Notes: generated from the letters alone by a model not told the origin. Shown: positions 48,789 to 59,197, counted from the stretch's first letter. The stretch is DNA of 64,000 bases from an uncultured Phycisphaerales bacterium (GCA_963758525.1 CAVWVQ010000003.1:3776001-3840000), one strand, 5' to 3'. Made by a program: numbers and translations.

Positions 48789-49895
48789 GTGGCCGACGCC
48801 GACGACGACACCTTCCCTCTGCTCGAACGCGAAGACGCGCTCGTTGAAGAGTTGCGCTTAAACGTCCCAAAAGCCCTCAAGGAGTGGGACGAAGAGGCGA
48901 TCCATGCCGCGCGCGTCGCAACCCGGCGCCTCAAGGCAGCGCTCACTCTGATGAAGCCGGTCTTGTCGAGCGACCAGCACAAGCCATTTGGAGGCACGCT
49001 CCGCAAGCTCCGCCGCCGGCTTGGCCCATTGCGCGATCTCGATGTCATGATCACGCACCTGCAAGAAATGCGGCCGCGCAATCAGCGCCTCGGGCCGGCC
49101 CTGGTCTGGCTGATCGAACAATTGCAGCAGTCGCGCGTCGCAGCCCGCGAGCATTCCCAAAAACGCGCTTCGGCGGGTCACGTGCTGGCGCGGCTCGGAA
49201 CCTGGTGGGACGTGCGCGAGGAAGTGCTCGCCGCGCATGAAGCGATCGACTCATTGATAGCCGAACAACTCCACCTGCAACTCGACTCGTTTGCCGAGCG
49301 CGCCGATCGCCTTGTCGGGGCATCAACCCACGCAGGCCCGCCCAAGCAGCCTGCGATCGATCCTCACGAGCTTCGGATCGCCGGCAAGTCGCTCCGCTAC
49401 ACGCTGGAAATGGCAGAATTGGAAGGGCACGAGCTGCCAAAGAAAATCACCAAGGCTTTCAAGAAAATGCAGGAATCCCTGGGTCTCTGGCACGATTACG
49501 TCGTGCTGAGCGAGCGCGTCATGCAGCTTTCGCTTGAGGCACTGCTCCCGCATCACAACGCGCCCCTGCAGGCCGACGTGCTCGACGTCGCCAAGAACCT
49601 GCTGGGCCGATCCACCACGCACTTGAAAGAGTTCGCCTCCCTCTGGTCGCTGCGCGGCCCGGAGCTGTCGGCCAGCATCCGCCAGCATTTCCCCTTGTCG
49701 CGCCCGGTCAGCGCGACAGACGCAGCTTCACCGGTCGCGCCGGAAGCGACCCCCATTGTCGCGCCGCCGGCCGATCACGTTGCCACGCCGGCGCCAGCGC
49801 CCCTCACCGCACCGAAAACGGATCCCGATCCGCCTGACTCAGCAGAAACTCCAGCCCCGGCAGCGCCTGTTCCAGACGCTGCTTCAGTCGTTTGA
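48789..49895 (+). CDS. CHAD domain protein
   Basis: EAIHAARVATRRL; LGPLRDLDV; HELRIAGKSLRYTLE; QESLGLWHD. Confidence 0.9.
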   Translation: MADADDDTFPLLEREDALVEELRLNVPKALKEWDEEAIHAARVATRRLKAALTLMKPVLSSDQHKPFGGTLRKLRRRLGPLRDLDVMITHLQEMRPRNQRLGPALVWLIEQLQQSRVAAREHSQKRASAGHVLARLGTWWDVREEVLAAHEAIDSLIAEQLHLQLDSFAERADRLVGASTHAGPPKQPAIDPHELRIAGKSLRYTLEMAELEGHELPKKITKAFKKMQESLGLWHDYVVLSERVMQLSLEALLPHHNAPLQADVLDVAKNLLGRSTTHLKEFASLWSLRGPELSASIRQHFPLSRPVSATDAASPVAPEATPIVAPPADHVATPAPAPLTAPKTDPDPPDSAETPAPAAPVPDAASVV

Positions 49896-49953
49896 GGGCG
49901 ACGCGCTCGCTGTTGGAATGCAGCGTGCACACCACCGTGATCCCCGCGGCCGC
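49799..49953. repeat. 155-bp direct repeat copy 1 (duplicate of the Nif3 gene 3' end)
   Basis: Matches 51032-51186 except one base (49930 c vs 51163 a); weaker similarity for ~20 bp more. Confidence 0.95.
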
Positions 49954-49997
49954 CGCGCGAAAGGCGTCATGATGAGCGGCTCGCTCTGCGACCTGAC

Positions 49998-50612
49998 TCA
50001 CGGCGACGGCGGTGGATCGGCACACATGATCCTTCCCAGCAAGTTGGGTTCGGCAGCGAGCAGCGGTCGGAACCCAAGATCATTCTGAACTTGAACCGCC
50101 AGTGCCGTTCCGCGAATTTCCTCTTGTCTGATGAAGCGGATGATTTGCTCAACTGCCCAGACGACGGCACCCCCGTCCACTCGCGCCGGAGCATAAAAAC
50201 GTGCTCGCTGAAGAAGCGGGTTCCATGCAGAGCGCACCAGGATCGGATGACCGTGCGGAAGGAAGATCAGCGGAAGCTGGACGTGGCAAAGCTCCAACCC
50301 TCGTTCATGGAGGTTCGCCTGCAATATGTTGGAATAAGCGTTCTCAACGCTGTTCCAGCCGCGCCCCTGCGAAAGAAATCTCGCGGTGACAAAGTAGATG
50401 ACGTGGCGGCAGTGGACGATGCCTTCCCGCAGCGCCTCGTAGGCGTCTTGGCCGGCCGGATAGTGATGCTGGTCAAACCAAGGAGAGAACCTCGCGTTCT
50501 GCAACGCCTGGAAGACGGGCAGCACCAGTCGATCTCGATCCTCGGCGCAGTGTGATAGAAATGCATGATGGGTACATCGAGGGAGGCTCCTAACATTCCA
50601 ATCGCCGATCAT
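49998..50612 (-). CDS. TIR domain protein
   Basis: AFLSHCAEDR; PWFDQ; VIYFVTARFL; GWNSVE with Glu at the TIR catalytic position. Confidence 0.82.
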   Translation of the reverse strand: MIGDWNVRSLPRCTHHAFLSHCAEDRDRLVLPVFQALQNARFSPWFDQHHYPAGQDAYEALREGIVHCRHVIYFVTARFLSQGRGWNSVENAYSNILQANLHERGLELCHVQLPLIFLPHGHPILVRSAWNPLLQRARFYAPARVDGGAVVWAVEQIIRFIRQEEIRGTALAVQVQNDLGFRPLLAAEPNLLGRIMCADPPPSP

Positions 50613-50621
50613 TCCGAATGC

Positions 50622-50942
50622 TCAATGGTGCAACGCGGGGAACGGGGGTACGCCCGCCTTTGCGGGATGCCCGTGGGTCACCGCGGCAATGAGCTGCTCC
50701 CCGCTCTGCGTCGGGGTGGCAAAAATAGTGTTCTGGATCTCCATCACTCCCGCCTTGGCCATCTCTTCGCATGCCAGCTTGATTTCACCAAGGCTGTATT
50801 TGCCGTTCAAAGCTGAATACAGCGATTGAAATGACAAGCCATAGCCCGATTTGCGCGTAGGATCAAATTGAGGAAAAGCCGCGAGGATATCGCGGTAAAT
50901 CGCGGGCAAACTCTCTGCATATTCGGCGGTGATTGGCATCAA
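50622..50942 (-). CDS. Small hypothetical protein, possible winged helix
   Basis: GGAG RBS; YSLGEIKLACEEMAKAGVME...TPTQSGEQLI; 9 bp upstream of the TIR gene. Confidence 0.65.
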   Translation of the reverse strand: MMPITAEYAESLPAIYRDILAAFPQFDPTRKSGYGLSFQSLYSALNGKYSLGEIKLACEEMAKAGVMEIQNTIFATPTQSGEQLIAAVTHGHPAKAGVPPFPALHH

Positions 50943-51031
50943 TTAACTCCTGGACGCGCTCGTCCCTTGCCAGCCGCTGGCGATTCTACCTCGAAGCCTC
51001 GCGACGGTCGAATGCCTGCGCGAAAATCAAA

Positions 51032-51186
51032 GCCCCTCACCGCACCGAAAACGGATCCCGATCCGCCTGACTCAGCAGAAACTCCAGCCCCGGCAGCGCC
51101 TGTTCCAGACGCTGCTTCAGTCGTTTGAGGGCGACGCGCTCGCTGTTGGAATGCAGCGTGCAAACCACCGTGATCCCCGCGGCCGC
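51032..51186. repeat. 155-bp direct repeat copy 2
   Basis: Offset 1233 bp from copy 1. Confidence 0.95.
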
Positions 51187-52126
51187 TGGCGCAGAGCGTC
51201 GTGATGACGCATCTCGCCGGTCAGATACAAATCGGCTTTCGCGGCGATCGCGTCCGTGAGCATCTCGCCGCATGCGCCGGCGCAGACTGCCGCGCGGCTC
51301 ACTGTTCCCTCGACTGGTCCTGCCACCAGCAGGTGCTCGATCGCCAGTTCCCGCCTGAGGCGATCGAAAAGCACCGCCCGCTCGACCGGTGGATCAAGCA
51401 CGCCAAGGCGTCCCTGCCCCGGCCCCTCCGGCGGAGCCGCGAGTTGGTTCAAATCAAACGCGGGCTCTTCATACGGATGCGCGCTGCGAAGAGCGCGGAT
51501 TACTTCAGCCGCTTTGTCGATGAGCAGAACCGTTTCCAGTCTGACTTCAGTTGCCTGTTCCAGACGCCCGCTTTGTCCGACCGCGGGATTGCTCCCCTCT
51601 TCGCCAAAAAACGTCCCGGTCCCCCGCGTCCGGAAGCTGCACGAAGAATATTTTCCAATCCGCCCCGCGCCCGCGGCGAACAAGGCCTCGCTCACTTCCT
51701 CGACCCGCTCAGCCGGCACAAAAGTAACGAGTTTGTAATGCGTGGCCTCTTTCGGCGCGAGCCGTAACGGATGACATTCGGCCAGCCCAAGGACATCGCA
51801 TAACACGTCATTGGTTCCACCCTCCGCGACATCCAGTGCCGTGTGGGGCGAATAAATTGCCAGGCCGCGACGAATCGCATCGTGGATCAGTCCGCGTCCA
51901 TCGATGCGTTTGATCGCCGCAAAAATCGGCGGATGATAGGCAATTACGCCATCGCAATTGGCCGCCTGCCCCTCACGCGCGACCGCTTCGGTGTAGTCAA
52001 TCGTCAGCAAAACCCGCGTGACCGGCTGAGCAGGATCGCCAACGAGCAGTCCCACGTTGTCCCACCCCTCCGCGAACCGGGAAGGCGAATTTGTTCCATT
52101 GCCGCGACCAGTTCCTTGAGTTCCAT
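51037..52126 (-). CDS. Nif3-like dinuclear metal centre protein, frameshifts near 52090 and 51190
   Basis: MELKELVAAMEQI|...AEGWDNVGLLVG; YHPPIF; HTALD; AHPYEEPA; TGEMRHH; HSNSER. Confidence 0.9.
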
Positions 52127-52179
52127 TGCTGTAATGTAAAGGGTGGGCGAGCCGTGAGAAAGGTACAGTGAGAACGCGG

Positions 52180-52384
52180 GGGTGGGCGTGCCCTGAATTT
52201 AGGGAAGCAGTATTTTCCCCCCTCCCCGGCAGAATCCGGGGCGGCGCGAGTACGCTCTGCCCCGGCGTGCGGGCGATACACATCGACCCACCAATCACGC
52301 CGGGACAAAGCGTACTCGCGCCGTCCCGGATTCTGCTCGGGGAGGGGAAAACGCTTCCTCCCTAAATTCCGGGCACGCCGCCCC
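52180..52384. repeat. Long imperfect palindrome (~90-bp arms)
   Basis: ggcgtgccctgaatttaggga...gagtacgctctgccccggcgtg / cacgccgggacaaagcgtactc...tccctaaattccgggcacgcc. Confidence 0.85.
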
Positions 52385-52507
52385 GTTTCGATCGGCGGGA
52401 AATTTTAGACTTTGCCCGATTTGTCGTTACTCTTCCTCGACTCTTGGAACGGCGCTGCGACGGGCTGCGCCGCCAGATGCGCAGTCCTATGGATATTGGA
52501 AAGAGGC

Positions 52508-54649
52508 ATGAGGAAATATTTCGGTTTTAGCGCCGGCATCGGCGCCGCGTCAGCGTGTTGGGCATTTTCCGCAATCGCGTTCGGACAGGCGGCAACGCAG
52601 CCGGTCTCCACGAATGAGCCCGCGCCGCAGGTCACGCTTCAGCCCGTAGTAGTCACGGCCCAGAAGCGCGAAGAGCCGATCGAGACGGTTCCCGTCAGCG
52701 TCACTGCCATCGACTCACAGACGATCCAGGACGCGAATATCGAAAACATTAAGGATGCCTCGTATTTGGCTCCGAATCTCTACATCTCGCAGTTCACTCC
52801 GCCGCGCGAGAGCTTCCCGTACATTCGCGGCATCGGGTCAGGTCAGAACAGCCCGGCGGTCACGACCTACATCGACGGCGTTCCGCAGCTTTCTTTTTCC
52901 ACATCGAACATCCAACTCGCCGACATCGACCGCATCGAGTTTCTTCGCGGACCCCAGGGCACGCTCTACGGCCGCAACACGCTCGGCGGCGTAATCAACA
53001 TCTACACGCTGCAGCCCGGCGATGCCGCGCACGGCGACGTCAACGCCACCGGCGGCAATTACTCGCTGCAGGATTACCGCGGCGGCGTTCGCGGGCCGAT
53101 CGTTCCCGGCAAAGCGTATTACGCGTTTGCCGGCGGATATGTCAGCCGCGATGGTTACTCCCTGAACACTTTCACCGATCACGATCTCGATCACGTGAAC
53201 GAACTGTTCGGCCGGCTCGAGTTGCGCTTCACGCCCACCCCGGACTGGGATCTGCGCCTCACGCTCAATGGCGAGCGCGACGCCGACGGCGATTTCCCGC
53301 TGTACGACCTCGGCTCGCTCCGCAGGACTGACCATCAGGTCAATCACAACTACGAAGGCGAAGCCCATCGCAACGTCGGACAGCTTGCATTCAACGCGAT
53401 CTTTCACGGGCAGGGCGTGGACTTCACCTCCGTCACCGCGATCCAGTATTTCCAGTCCAAGGAACTGACGGATCTCGATGAAACGCAGTTCAATGCCGCG
53501 ACGCGAAGCAATCTCGAGCAGCAGCGCAACGCGATTGAAGAAGTGCGACTCATGTCCCCCGATGGGGAGCCGATCGTCGTCGCCCGGGATGTCAACTTCA
53601 GTTGGATTACCGGCGCGCTTTTCTTTGCCACGGGCGATGAGCCTCGGGTTGCAAATTCGGAAACCGCTCTCGCGTCGCCTGTCGCGTTCACAGCCAATCA
53701 AAACGCCAACATCGATCAGGTCGGCATCGGCGTCTATGGGCAGGGAACGCTCACTTTCTGGGACAAGCTCGACCTGACCCTCGGCGGCCGCGTCGATTAC
53801 GAATACCAGCACGCGCATCTGGTCAACTCGTTTGCTCCGCCCATCGCCCCGACGTTCTCCGGCAGCGACACCAAGGACTACACGCAGTTTGAGCCGCGCG
53901 CCGCGCTCGACTACCGCTGGACCAAGCAGTTCATGACCTACGCAACCGTGGCGGAGGGATACCGCGCCGGCGGCTTTAACTCGACGTTTCCAACGCCCGC
54001 GCAAATCCCCTTCGGTCCCGAACGAAGCTGGTCGTATGAGCTTGGCGCCAAGACGAGCCTGATGAACAACCGCCTGACGCTCGACGCCGACGTGTTTCAC
54101 ATCGACTGGCATCACCTTCAGCTCGACACGCCGATTCCCGGCGAGGCCAGCGCCTTCTACATCAGCAACGCGGGCAACGCCCGCAGCACCGGCTTCGAAG
54201 TGGAGGGAGATTATCTGGTGCTTCCCGGCGTCGATGTCTTCGCCGGGCTCGGCTTCACGCATGCCCGCTTCGAGCATTCCATTCAACCCAGCGGCGCCAG
54301 CGCCTCGGGAAATCGTCTGCCGCAGGCGCCCGAGACCACTTGGAACGTCGGGGCTCAATACACGCTGCCGTTGCCGCACGATCTGCGCGCGTATGCACGC
54401 GTCGAGGTCCTCGGCGTCGGTCCGTACTCCTACGACGCGACGAATATCGAGGGTCAGGGCGCTTACATCCTGACCAATTTCCGCCTGGGCGTCGGCGGCC
54501 CGTGGTGGCGTGTCGAAGGGTTCGTCAACAACGCCTTCAACACCAACTACGTCCCCATCGCGTTCCAATTTCCCGGCTCAGCCTCGGGCTACGTCGGCCA
54601 AAGCGGAGACCCGATGACCTGCGGAGTGACAGTAGGCCTGAACTTCTAA
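52508..54649 (+). CDS. TonB-dependent receptor
   Basis: VVVTAQKRE; RIEFLRGPQGTLYGRNTLGGVINI plug motif; C-terminal Phe. Confidence 0.93.
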   Translation: MRKYFGFSAGIGAASACWAFSAIAFGQAATQPVSTNEPAPQVTLQPVVVTAQKREEPIETVPVSVTAIDSQTIQDANIENIKDASYLAPNLYISQFTPPRESFPYIRGIGSGQNSPAVTTYIDGVPQLSFSTSNIQLADIDRIEFLRGPQGTLYGRNTLGGVINIYTLQPGDAAHGDVNATGGNYSLQDYRGGVRGPIVPGKAYYAFAGGYVSRDGYSLNTFTDHDLDHVNELFGRLELRFTPTPDWDLRLTLNGERDADGDFPLYDLGSLRRTDHQVNHNYEGEAHRNVGQLAFNAIFHGQGVDFTSVTAIQYFQSKELTDLDETQFNAATRSNLEQQRNAIEEVRLMSPDGEPIVVARDVNFSWITGALFFATGDEPRVANSETALASPVAFTANQNANIDQVGIGVYGQGTLTFWDKLDLTLGGRVDYEYQHAHLVNSFAPPIAPTFSGSDTKDYTQFEPRAALDYRWTKQFMTYATVAEGYRAGGFNSTFPTPAQIPFGPERSWSYELGAKTSLMNNRLTLDADVFHIDWHHLQLDTPIPGEASAFYISNAGNARSTGFEVEGDYLVLPGVDVFAGLGFTHARFEHSIQPSGASASGNRLPQAPETTWNVGAQYTLPLPHDLRAYARVEVLGVGPYSYDATNIEGQGAYILTNFRLGVGGPWWRVEGFVNNAFNTNYVPIAFQFPGSASGYVGQSGDPMTCGVTVGLNF

Positions 54650-54671
54650 TCCACGACTTTTTTGGCTTCCG

Positions 54672-54782
54672 CGTGGCACGGGCGTCCCGCCCGTGTTAGC
54701 GACTCAAGATTGAAAAGAGATGTCGAAAGCAAGAATGGTTTTACTGCTGCGCCGCTAACACGGGCGAGACGCCCGTGCCACG
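54672..54782. repeat. GTGG-type REP inverted pair
   Basis: cgtggcacgggcgtcccgcccgtgttagcg ... cgctaacacgggcgagacgcccgtgccacg. Confidence 0.88.
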
Positions 54783-54799
54783 CGGCACAATTCGTTCAG

Positions 54800-56152
54800 A
54801 TGCCGAATCGTCGTCAATTCTCCGGCTGGACCGCCTTGGCCATCGCCTCGCTGGCGATGGTCTGCACGCTCCCCGGTCGCACGCAGGGCCTGGGTCTCAT
54901 CACCGATCCTCTCCTTCGCGATCTGAACCTCCGCGAGCTTCAGTGGGCAAATGTGAACCTCGTCGCCACCCTGATCGGCGCGGCGTTCTGCATCGGCGTC
55001 GGAAGATTGATCGATCGCCTCGGCGCCCGCACCGTTGTCGTAGTGGTGATCGCGCTGCTTGGCCTCTCAGTCATTGCAATGAGTCGGGTGCATGGCCTGA
55101 TCGGTCTGGTCCTGACAGTGACACTTACTAGAGGCTTCGGACAAAGCGCGCTCTCCGTTGTCAGCCTCGCGATCGTCGGAAAGTGGTTTGTGCGAAAACT
55201 CTCACTGGCGATGGGCATCTACAGCATTTTCCTCGGCATCGGATTCATGATCGCGTTCCCCGTAGTTCAATACGCAGTTGAGCACACCGGCTGGCGCCCC
55301 GTCTGGTCGGCAATGGGCTGGGTCATGATCCTCATCGTCGCGCCCCTTTCTGCTCTGTTGCTTCGCAGCACCCCAGAGAGCGTGGGTCAGCATGTCGACG
55401 GAGCTCCCACAGCGATTGACGATGCGCAACGACACGGTTCCCGCCCCCGTTTAGCGGCCGCCCAAAGGGCCGCGCTCCGATCGCAAGACCGCCCACCGGC
55501 CGAGTCGGATTCAGATGATCCGCTCGTCGGCGCAACTCTCTCCCAAGCCCTTGCAACCCCCGCTTTTTGGACATTCGGAATCGCAAGCTCGGCATTCGGC
55601 TTGATCAGCTCGGGAATACTCCTCTTTAACGAATCGCTCCTCCGCGAGCTCGGCTTCGGATCCGATGTCTTTCGCCAGCTTCAGGTGGTGCTGGTCTTCA
55701 GCGGGCTGCTGGCCAATTTCGCGGGGGGTTGGCTGGGGCAGAAGTGGTCCCTCAGCCGACTGATGGGGATCGCCATGCTGCTGATGGGCGTGGCTTTGGC
55801 GGCCCTTCCCATCGCGCGCTCGCGCAGCCAGATCGTCGCCTACGCGCTGTCGATGGGAGTTTCCGGCGGAATCGTCACCGTCGTCTTCTTCACCTGCTGG
55901 GGCAGGATGTTCGGCCGCCTGCACCTCGGAAAGATCCAAGGTGTGGCGCAGATGCTGACGGTTGTCGCCTCGGCGCTGGGCCCATTGCTGGTTGCCTGGT
56001 CGCTGAACTCCACCGGCTCATATAAGCCGCTGCTGTACTGGGCCGCTCCGGTGGCGCTCCTGCTCGGCATGGTCTGCTTCTTTGTCCCGCTTCCAGACGC
56101 CGCCAGCCAGGGAAGCACCAGTCTCACAATCGCCGAAGAAACCAAGGGTTAG
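54800..56152 (+). CDS. MFS transporter
   Basis: GRLIDRLGAR motif A; about 12 hydrophobic segments; FGRLHLGKIQG. Confidence 0.9.
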   Translation: MPNRRQFSGWTALAIASLAMVCTLPGRTQGLGLITDPLLRDLNLRELQWANVNLVATLIGAAFCIGVGRLIDRLGARTVVVVVIALLGLSVIAMSRVHGLIGLVLTVTLTRGFGQSALSVVSLAIVGKWFVRKLSLAMGIYSIFLGIGFMIAFPVVQYAVEHTGWRPVWSAMGWVMILIVAPLSALLLRSTPESVGQHVDGAPTAIDDAQRHGSRPRLAAAQRAALRSQDRPPAESDSDDPLVGATLSQALATPAFWTFGIASSAFGLISSGILLFNESLLRELGFGSDVFRQLQVVLVFSGLLANFAGGWLGQKWSLSRLMGIAMLLMGVALAALPIARSRSQIVAYALSMGVSGGIVTVVFFTCWGRMFGRLHLGKIQGVAQMLTVVASALGPLLVAWSLNSTGSYKPLLYWAAPVALLLGMVCFFVPLPDAASQGSTSLTIAEETKG

Positions 56153-56371
56153 GTTAACCAAGTAAAACAGTAGAAATAAGTGAGTATGAGTCTTGACGCG
56201 GCCCGCGCCGTCGTTAGACTTGCCAACCCCATGAACGCGGCGTCATCAGTCTTTGCGCGGTATTCCTCAGTCAGCGGCTTTGACGCGGACCTCGCGTGTT
56301 GCTGTCGCTGAATCGCACAGCCTGCACCCGGTTTCCGTTTCCGCTTGCTCCCATTGCATACTGAGGATCTC

Positions 56372-57422
56372 ATGAAACTCGCCACCGCTCTCAAGCTTGC
56401 CATCATCACCGGTTCTCTGACTCTCGCCCTGGGCTGCAAGCAGCGCTCAACTTCTGAATCCTCTTCCACGCAACCTGCCGATACGCAGGTCTCGGCGATT
56501 CTGAACGTCTCCTACGACCCGACGCGTGAGCTCTATAAGGACATCAACAAGGCGTTCGAGGAAGAATGGAAGACCAAAACGGGCCAGGACATTTCGGTCA
56601 AGCAATCGCATGGCGGCTCGGGCAAGCAGGCTCGCGCGGTCAGCGACGGTCTGCAGGCCGACGTCGTCACGCTCGGCCTCGCGTACGATATCGACGCTCT
56701 CCACGAGAACGGCAATCTCGTTCCCGCCGATTGGCAGAAGCGCCTTCCCAACAACAGCACCCCGTTCACATCAACGATCGTTTTCCTGGTCCGCACGGGA
56801 AACCCCAAAGCCATCCGAAGCTGGGACGACCTCGTGAAGGACGGCGTTTCCATCATCATTCCCAATCCCAAAACCTCCGGCGGCGCACGCTGGGGTTACC
56901 TGGCGGCGTACGGCGCGGCGCTGCAGGAGAACGCCAACGACGATTCCAAGGCCCAGGCGTTCATCACGAAGTTCTACCGCAACGTTCCCATTCTCGACTC
57001 GGGCGCGCGACGCGACTGTCACGTTCACCAAGCGCGGCCAGGGCGACGTGCTGGTCTCATGGGAAAATGAGGCGCAGCTGGCCGTTCAGGAATTCGGAGC
57101 CGGGCAGGTCGAATTGGTTTACCCGCCAACGAGCATACTCGCCGAACCGCCCGTCTCCGTCGTGGACAAAGTCGTCGACGATCGCGGCTCGCGCAAGGTT
57201 GCCGAAGCGTATCTCTACTTCCTCTACACCGAGCCGGCGCAGGAGATCGCCGCGAAGAACCATTACCGGCCGACGCTCACTTCTGTCGCATCGCGCTACA
57301 CGAGTCGCTTCCCGCAGATTAAGCTGTTTACCGTGGACGAAGTGTTTGGCGGATGGAAGAAGGCGCAGGCGACTCATTTTGCCGATGGCGGAGTCTTCGA
57401 CCAGATCTACAAGCCGAAATAG
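56372..57422 (+). CDS. sbp: Sulfate ABC transporter substrate-binding protein, frameshifted near 57010
   Basis: [51 protein letters not shown]. Confidence 0.9.
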
Positions 57423-57425
57423 CAC

Positions 57426-58259
57426 GTGGCCCAACTCAAACGTCACAGCGTCCTCCCCGGGTTCGGCCTCAGCCTCGGCTATACGCTCTTTTATCTCAGC
57501 GCCATCGTGCTCCTGCCGCTTTCGGCGCTGGTCGTCATGACGATGCGCCTCACCTGGCGGCAGTTTCTGCATACCGTCACCGACCCGCAGGTGATGGCCG
57601 CGTATCGCGTGAGCTTCGGCGCGTCCTTCTTTGCCGCAATTCTCAACGCGATCTTCGGGCTGATGGTGGCATGGGTTCTGGTGCGCTATCAATTTTTCGG
57701 CAAGCGCATGATGGACGCGATGATCGATCTGCCTTTTGCGCTGCCGACCGCGGTCGCGGGTATCGCGCTGGCGACTCTTTACGCCCCCAACGGATGGATC
57801 GGCCGGCTGCTGGCGCCGCACGGAATTCGGATTGCCTACACATGGTGGGGCATTCTGCTGGCGCTGACGTTTATCGGGATGCCGTTCGTTGTGCGAACCG
57901 TTCAACCCGTCCTGCAGGATCTGAATCCCGAGCTCGAGGAAGCCGCCGCCAGCCTCGGCGCCGGCCGCTGGCTGATCTTCCGCCGGGTCGTCTTCCCGGA
58001 AATCTGGCCGCCGCTGCTCACTGGCTTCTCACTCTCGTTTGCGCGAGCGGTGGGGGAGTACGGCTCGGTGATCTTCATCTCCAACAATCTGCCGATGAAG
58101 ACCGAAATTGCCCCGGTGCTGATCGTCTCCAAGCTCGAGGTTCATCAGTATCCGCAGGCAACCGCCATTGCCGTGGTCATGCTGCTCGCGTCGTTCATCA
58201 TTCTGCTGCTGGTCAGCCAGCTCCAGAAATGGACCGCAGGCAAAGGAGCAGGGCGATGA
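57426..58259 (+). CDS. cysT: Sulfate ABC transporter permease CysT
   Basis: DLPFALPTAVAG; PFVVRTVQPV; EEAAASLGA; GEYGSV. Confidence 0.93.
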   Translation: MAQLKRHSVLPGFGLSLGYTLFYLSAIVLLPLSALVVMTMRLTWRQFLHTVTDPQVMAAYRVSFGASFFAAILNAIFGLMVAWVLVRYQFFGKRMMDAMIDLPFALPTAVAGIALATLYAPNGWIGRLLAPHGIRIAYTWWGILLALTFIGMPFVVRTVQPVLQDLNPELEEAAASLGAGRWLIFRRVVFPEIWPPLLTGFSLSFARAVGEYGSVIFISNNLPMKTEIAPVLIVSKLEVHQYPQATAIAVVMLLASFIILLLVSQLQKWTAGKGAGR

Positions 58260-59197
58260 AGACCGCCGCGTCATTGGTGAGCCGGTCGCAGGCGCAGCTG
58301 CGGCAGGGCGGAACAACCGAGCCGGCCCTGGTGCGCTATCTGCTCATCGGGGCGACCTTTTTCATCCTGGGCCTCTTCCTCGTTCTCCCCTTGATCATCG
58401 TTTTTCACGAAGCGTTCGCCGATGGCGTCGCCGTCTATTTCGACGCGCTGCGCGATGACGACACGATCAGCGCCATCAAGCTCACGCTCATCACTGCCGC
58501 CATCGCGGTTCCGGCAAACCTGATCTTTGGCGTCGCCGCCTCCTGGTGCATCTCCAAGTTCGAGTTCGCCGGCAAACGCCTTTTGCTCACGCTCATCGAT
58601 CTCCCCTTCGCGATTTCTCCGGTCATCTCCGGTCTCATCTTCGTCCTGCTTTTCGGCCTGCAGGGGTGGATGGGCCCATGGCTCGATTCGTATCACGTGC
58701 ACATCATCGGCAGCGTCTTCGGCGTCGTCCTCGCGACAGTCTTCGTCACCTTCCCCTTCGTGGCCCGCGAGCTGATCCCGCTGATGGAATCCCAAGGCAC
58801 CGAAGAAGAGCAGGCCGCGCTCTCTCTGGGAGCCAGCGGCTGGCGCTGCTTTGTCAAAATCACTCTGCCCAACATCAAGTGGGGCCTGCTGTACGGCGTA
58901 ATCCTCTGCAACGCCCGCGCGATGGGGGAGTTCGGCGCGGTTGCGGTCGTGAGCGGGAAGATCCGGGGCGAAACCGAGACGATGCCGCTCCATGTCGAGT
59001 CGCTGTACAATGACAACCAATCCTCAGCGGCATTCGCGGTGGCGTCGCTGCTGACTCTGGTGGCGGTGGCGACGTTGATCGCCAAGTCGATCATCGAGTG
59101 GAGAACGGCCGCCGTCGCGCAGCCCATCCCGGAAGCCGCCGCTTCGATGATGGTCCCCGCAACCCCTCTGCTCAGCGAGGCCGGATCGGATATATGA
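58256..59197 (+). CDS. cysW: Sulfate ABC transporter permease CysW
   Basis: [33 protein letters not shown]. Confidence 0.93.
   Translation: MKTAASLVSRSQAQLRQGGTTEPALVRYLLIGATFFILGLFLVLPLIIVFHEAFADGVAVYFDALRDDDTISAIKLTLITAAIAVPANLIFGVAASWCISKFEFAGKRLLLTLIDLPFAISPVISGLIFVLLFGLQGWMGPWLDSYHVHIIGSVFGVVLATVFVTFPFVARELIPLMESQGTEEEQAALSLGASGWRCFVKITLPNIKWGLLYGVILCNARAMGEFGAVAVVSGKIRGETETMPLHVESLYNDNQSSAAFAVASLLTLVAVATLIAKSIIEWRTAAVAQPIPEAAASMMVPATPLLSEAGSDI

Noticed and set aside
49799..51186. Autonomous integrative element or IS
   Set aside because: No integrase, transposase or terminal inverted repeats between the direct repeats; kept only as a cassette.
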